This document shows, piece by piece, positions 63,701 through 64,000 of a stretch of 64,000 bases of DNA. The position numbers were made by a program, and so were the translations under genes. Source of the stretch: Patescibacteria group bacterium (GTDB taxonomy: Bacteria; Patescibacteriota; Patescibacteriia; 2-12-FULL-60-25); the NCBI GenBank assembly GCA_049325475.1, contig JBMOLN010000007.1, positions 95,489 through 159,488 of the forward strand. Reading direction: 5' to 3'. Position 1 is the stretch's first letter; every line of letters starts with the position of its first letter. The notes under the pieces were generated by a model. It saw only the letters and a program-made list of their open reading frames with translations, had not been told where the DNA came from and searched no databases.

Positions 63701-64000
63701 CGTTCACATAAATGGCCGTGGTGGAGACAACTCCCGAAACCGATAAATTTGTTGTGGTCACATTTGTCACATACATGCCGAGCCAGCGGTTGGCAAAAGA
63801 ACCCAGTTCATAAATATCCGGCGCCGAAGGCAATAATGCTGAATTTACGAATCCCAGCACAGCCAAATCCGTAGTCGTTGCCGTAATAAACGATGCGCCG
63901 TTCGCGTCAACTGTTCCGGCTATTGTCGTGTCCGTGCCAATACTGACTTTGGCGGTAGATGTTGCTCCCGTATACCCGATTGTTAAATTTCCATTTAAAG
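57771..64000 (-). CDS. giant fibre/propeller surface protein, 5'-truncated by window edge
   Basis: The frame stays open from 63866 to 64000 (hand-translated; the track's M is an internal TTG). More than 2070 aa, with duplicated ~150-aa N-terminal modules, Ser/Thr/Ala coiled segments, ~7 Cys-paired Kelch-like blades, recurring G(I/L)GT..P..KL(H/Q)V motifs and an acidic tail. Confidence 0.85.
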   Translation of the reverse strand, partial: LNGNLTIGYTGATSTAKVSIGTDTTIAGTVDANGASFITATTTDLAVLGFVNSALLPSAPDIYELGSFANRWLGMYVTNVTTTNLSVSGVVSTTAIYVNGQQIATSTPTFQQVTEEGNVTSLAIQFAGGTSTSDFNVQGTLDADYSLFTAATSTDLYATTFGFNSAAGAEFIASNATTTNLFATNLEATNFAIDNLDFDYATGTALALSSYLTINGIKLDAVGTNNTNSGATLIGVFDEFANSNAGTVQGVLADFDDWISQNANDITYAISELAAATSTLASISAEIAIVSSTLATTISNLVNVTGDIANLQTDLANATSSIAQNTADIASVSSSLAGTQTDLQTVSTTVANIDLQYVTDRGAITTHGLQFAGGTSTAGLIIQNTLNVAGLSYLNDLIFASASGTSLALTDFLSIGGIRLDAIGTSPWTSGAALVGVFDEFDNSNATTVQGVLADLDAAISAVTSSGGGFDGRMDDTLIMGTAPSRTETTWTNTGLSGGGYESVRSLVSYKGHLYAGRGDGGGEGDIYVCDPTAGGNTAVCDNSADWSQAYNTGYDQVNTLYAYKGYLYAGFGDDAGEGDIYYCNPGLTGDADICESGDWNDASFPSGPYRIRQIIEFNNYLYAANDTGSSGSGSVGVCNPAAAGNANICDNSSDWTNISFSGYEELPALAVFNNRLYGLMGNSNGSDNDLMLCDSTAAGDAGRCDSSSDWSVSLADPYSNYDSFESAAVYRGLLYFGAGNDSGDGDLYSCDPGVLGLPTLCDSTYDIAVSQNNGSGVYRIPALLSYDGFLFMGYEGTTAGGGQIYKYDVSNAYLSDAGTGFEATYAFADFNGYLYAGRGNSSGDGEVWYYQTARTGSYDIAFEAGNATGSVWFDNEAYSMSGAGDSQSIGAFKFSHGIITDAGAYDLAEMYPSADPTLEAGDVVALDDVWEGYVKKSSMPYESSLVGVVSTKPGFLLSGPKDENARPIALVGRVPVKVSLENGEIKVGDNLTSASIPGYAMKSSESGMILGQAMESFTSSTANGATTGTVMMFVRTSFGVQKSGFAINSVGAASSIWLLQQTLSADLAGLTLQGSTSSLQMLTNGALAAEKPISLATGDILSQSFDLNPASEQSYFFSLETALGKATVLTTENSDLYLMPQGDQIILRPLFDSAQGVLFMDADGGTPIMTVDTLNHRIGINMDNPTVELDVNGDAKIKNIEVQENIWMNKDKVVKFNGKDGQSQIGYNSFDNSLKLQTELGSNVNVVLGDNDGNTEFVFTSSDGTKAASVDSKGNTYLAGSLAVGTEKPKSKLHVDSNQESENAIATFENAGGDFEVYRVDKSPEGLVAGNIGDLAVDTVNGTTYIKQSGDGLSNGWVQFATGTPLYYEMDTLDSIAERGNETNWALSFRGGTSTGDLLPQVTNAFSLGAKENQWSNVWTEKLNIGAAAWSLSENELGDLTIGNKDLSALTIKTDGKVGIGTDAPEAKLQVSDELKEAQENAVGLYSQMSARITSAGGYAKGMKSVASMNSDQQAALLQGLVGLEAMAVNEGSGLVHDAMGATLGVMNGGDGSITYAHGLMVRSAINSGTGKISRLSGITVEEQTAAVYNTNLLIGTSTAPTADYSIYNESGKLNFFAGNLGIGVVVPELPLDVRRVGGAVAAFSRVSNDGKIISLKQDDYEEGTISIYGSVVSYNAFTGSHYAWTDDEISSGMLVVMTGENKRLHDRADSQYVYGVKLCTKANDAEVMGAYVSVLEPKLTPSKDNPHIVMAAGKGEIWVADNGKNIRVGDYLVSSDVAGHAMKDLQDEPVSYVVARAAENVDWSKVEAEINGVKHVKMAVFFDSFSKNNLDQQIQSSVLGITLQGGELKEGDIPDLHVAGAIFEGTVTVKKHMVFGRDTVGQALIMSGESEVHVSFKGEYETLPIVTITPVGLHEFQYGVKNITLQGFDIILSDKTYEDTLFNWHAFGNDDSKVFVSNGTTLEIEVTEMGSSKIEYDMDVLGEVLVDEATTTQDGTEHEARPPSHEAMEDSSTESDELEIIAVPEEPDEPEVVIVDTVAESEVTGTETVDEVAADGTEPEAEANADTTTTTDQ

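Noticed and set aside
57771-64000. Prophage tail fibre
   Set aside because: Fibre-like motifs are present, but no capsid, terminase, portal, baseplate or integrase genes flank it within the window. It is more consistent with a cellular surface fibre, though the upstream context is not visible.

Overview
This is a gene-dense, A+T-rich bacterial window with about 60 protein genes, mostly on the minus strand, and one tRNA-His. I found no rRNA, CRISPR array, transposase or integrase. The gene content looks like a Patescibacteria/CPR-type genome, but that is inference only. It includes many small hypothetical and secreted proteins, four 23S-IVS-type four-helix-bundle paralogs, a DUF134/DUF5320 pair, a giant fibre-like surface protein and few biosynthetic operons.

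Recognisable housekeeping genes are uppP, msrA, tig, lspA, rsmE, pnp, a comM/yifB-like gene, a yvcK-like gene, a MacAB/HlyD-type efflux operon, an MsbA-type ABC exporter, an M23/LysM peptidase, an M20 peptidase and a divergent cbiB/cbiZ-like pair.

The signals most worth a second look are:
1. Nearly every intergenic spacer is a phased heptanucleotide stutter array built from a shared word vocabulary. One such array sits in frame inside cbiB.
2. A collinear minus-strand cluster of nucleotide-acting genes: Nudix, MoaA-like radical SAM, CYTH, two unknowns (one with an HNH-like Cys/His pattern), a nucleoside-2-deoxyribosyltransferase-like gene and a HAD gene.
3. Three tandem mini-cassettes, each with a near-consensus promoter. 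Two encode paralogous small C-x2-C-x4-CP-x-HP proteins and one has a G-tract frameshift.
4. A 780-bp ORF-free stretch packed with hairpins.
5. A 21-bp duplication of the tRNA-His 3' end bracketing a 180-bp insert.
6. Two sharply G+C-rich islands encoding secreted proteins.
7. A 5'-truncated fibre/propeller surface protein of more than 2070 aa.

All calls come from reading the sequence and the ORF translations by eye. No database search was run.
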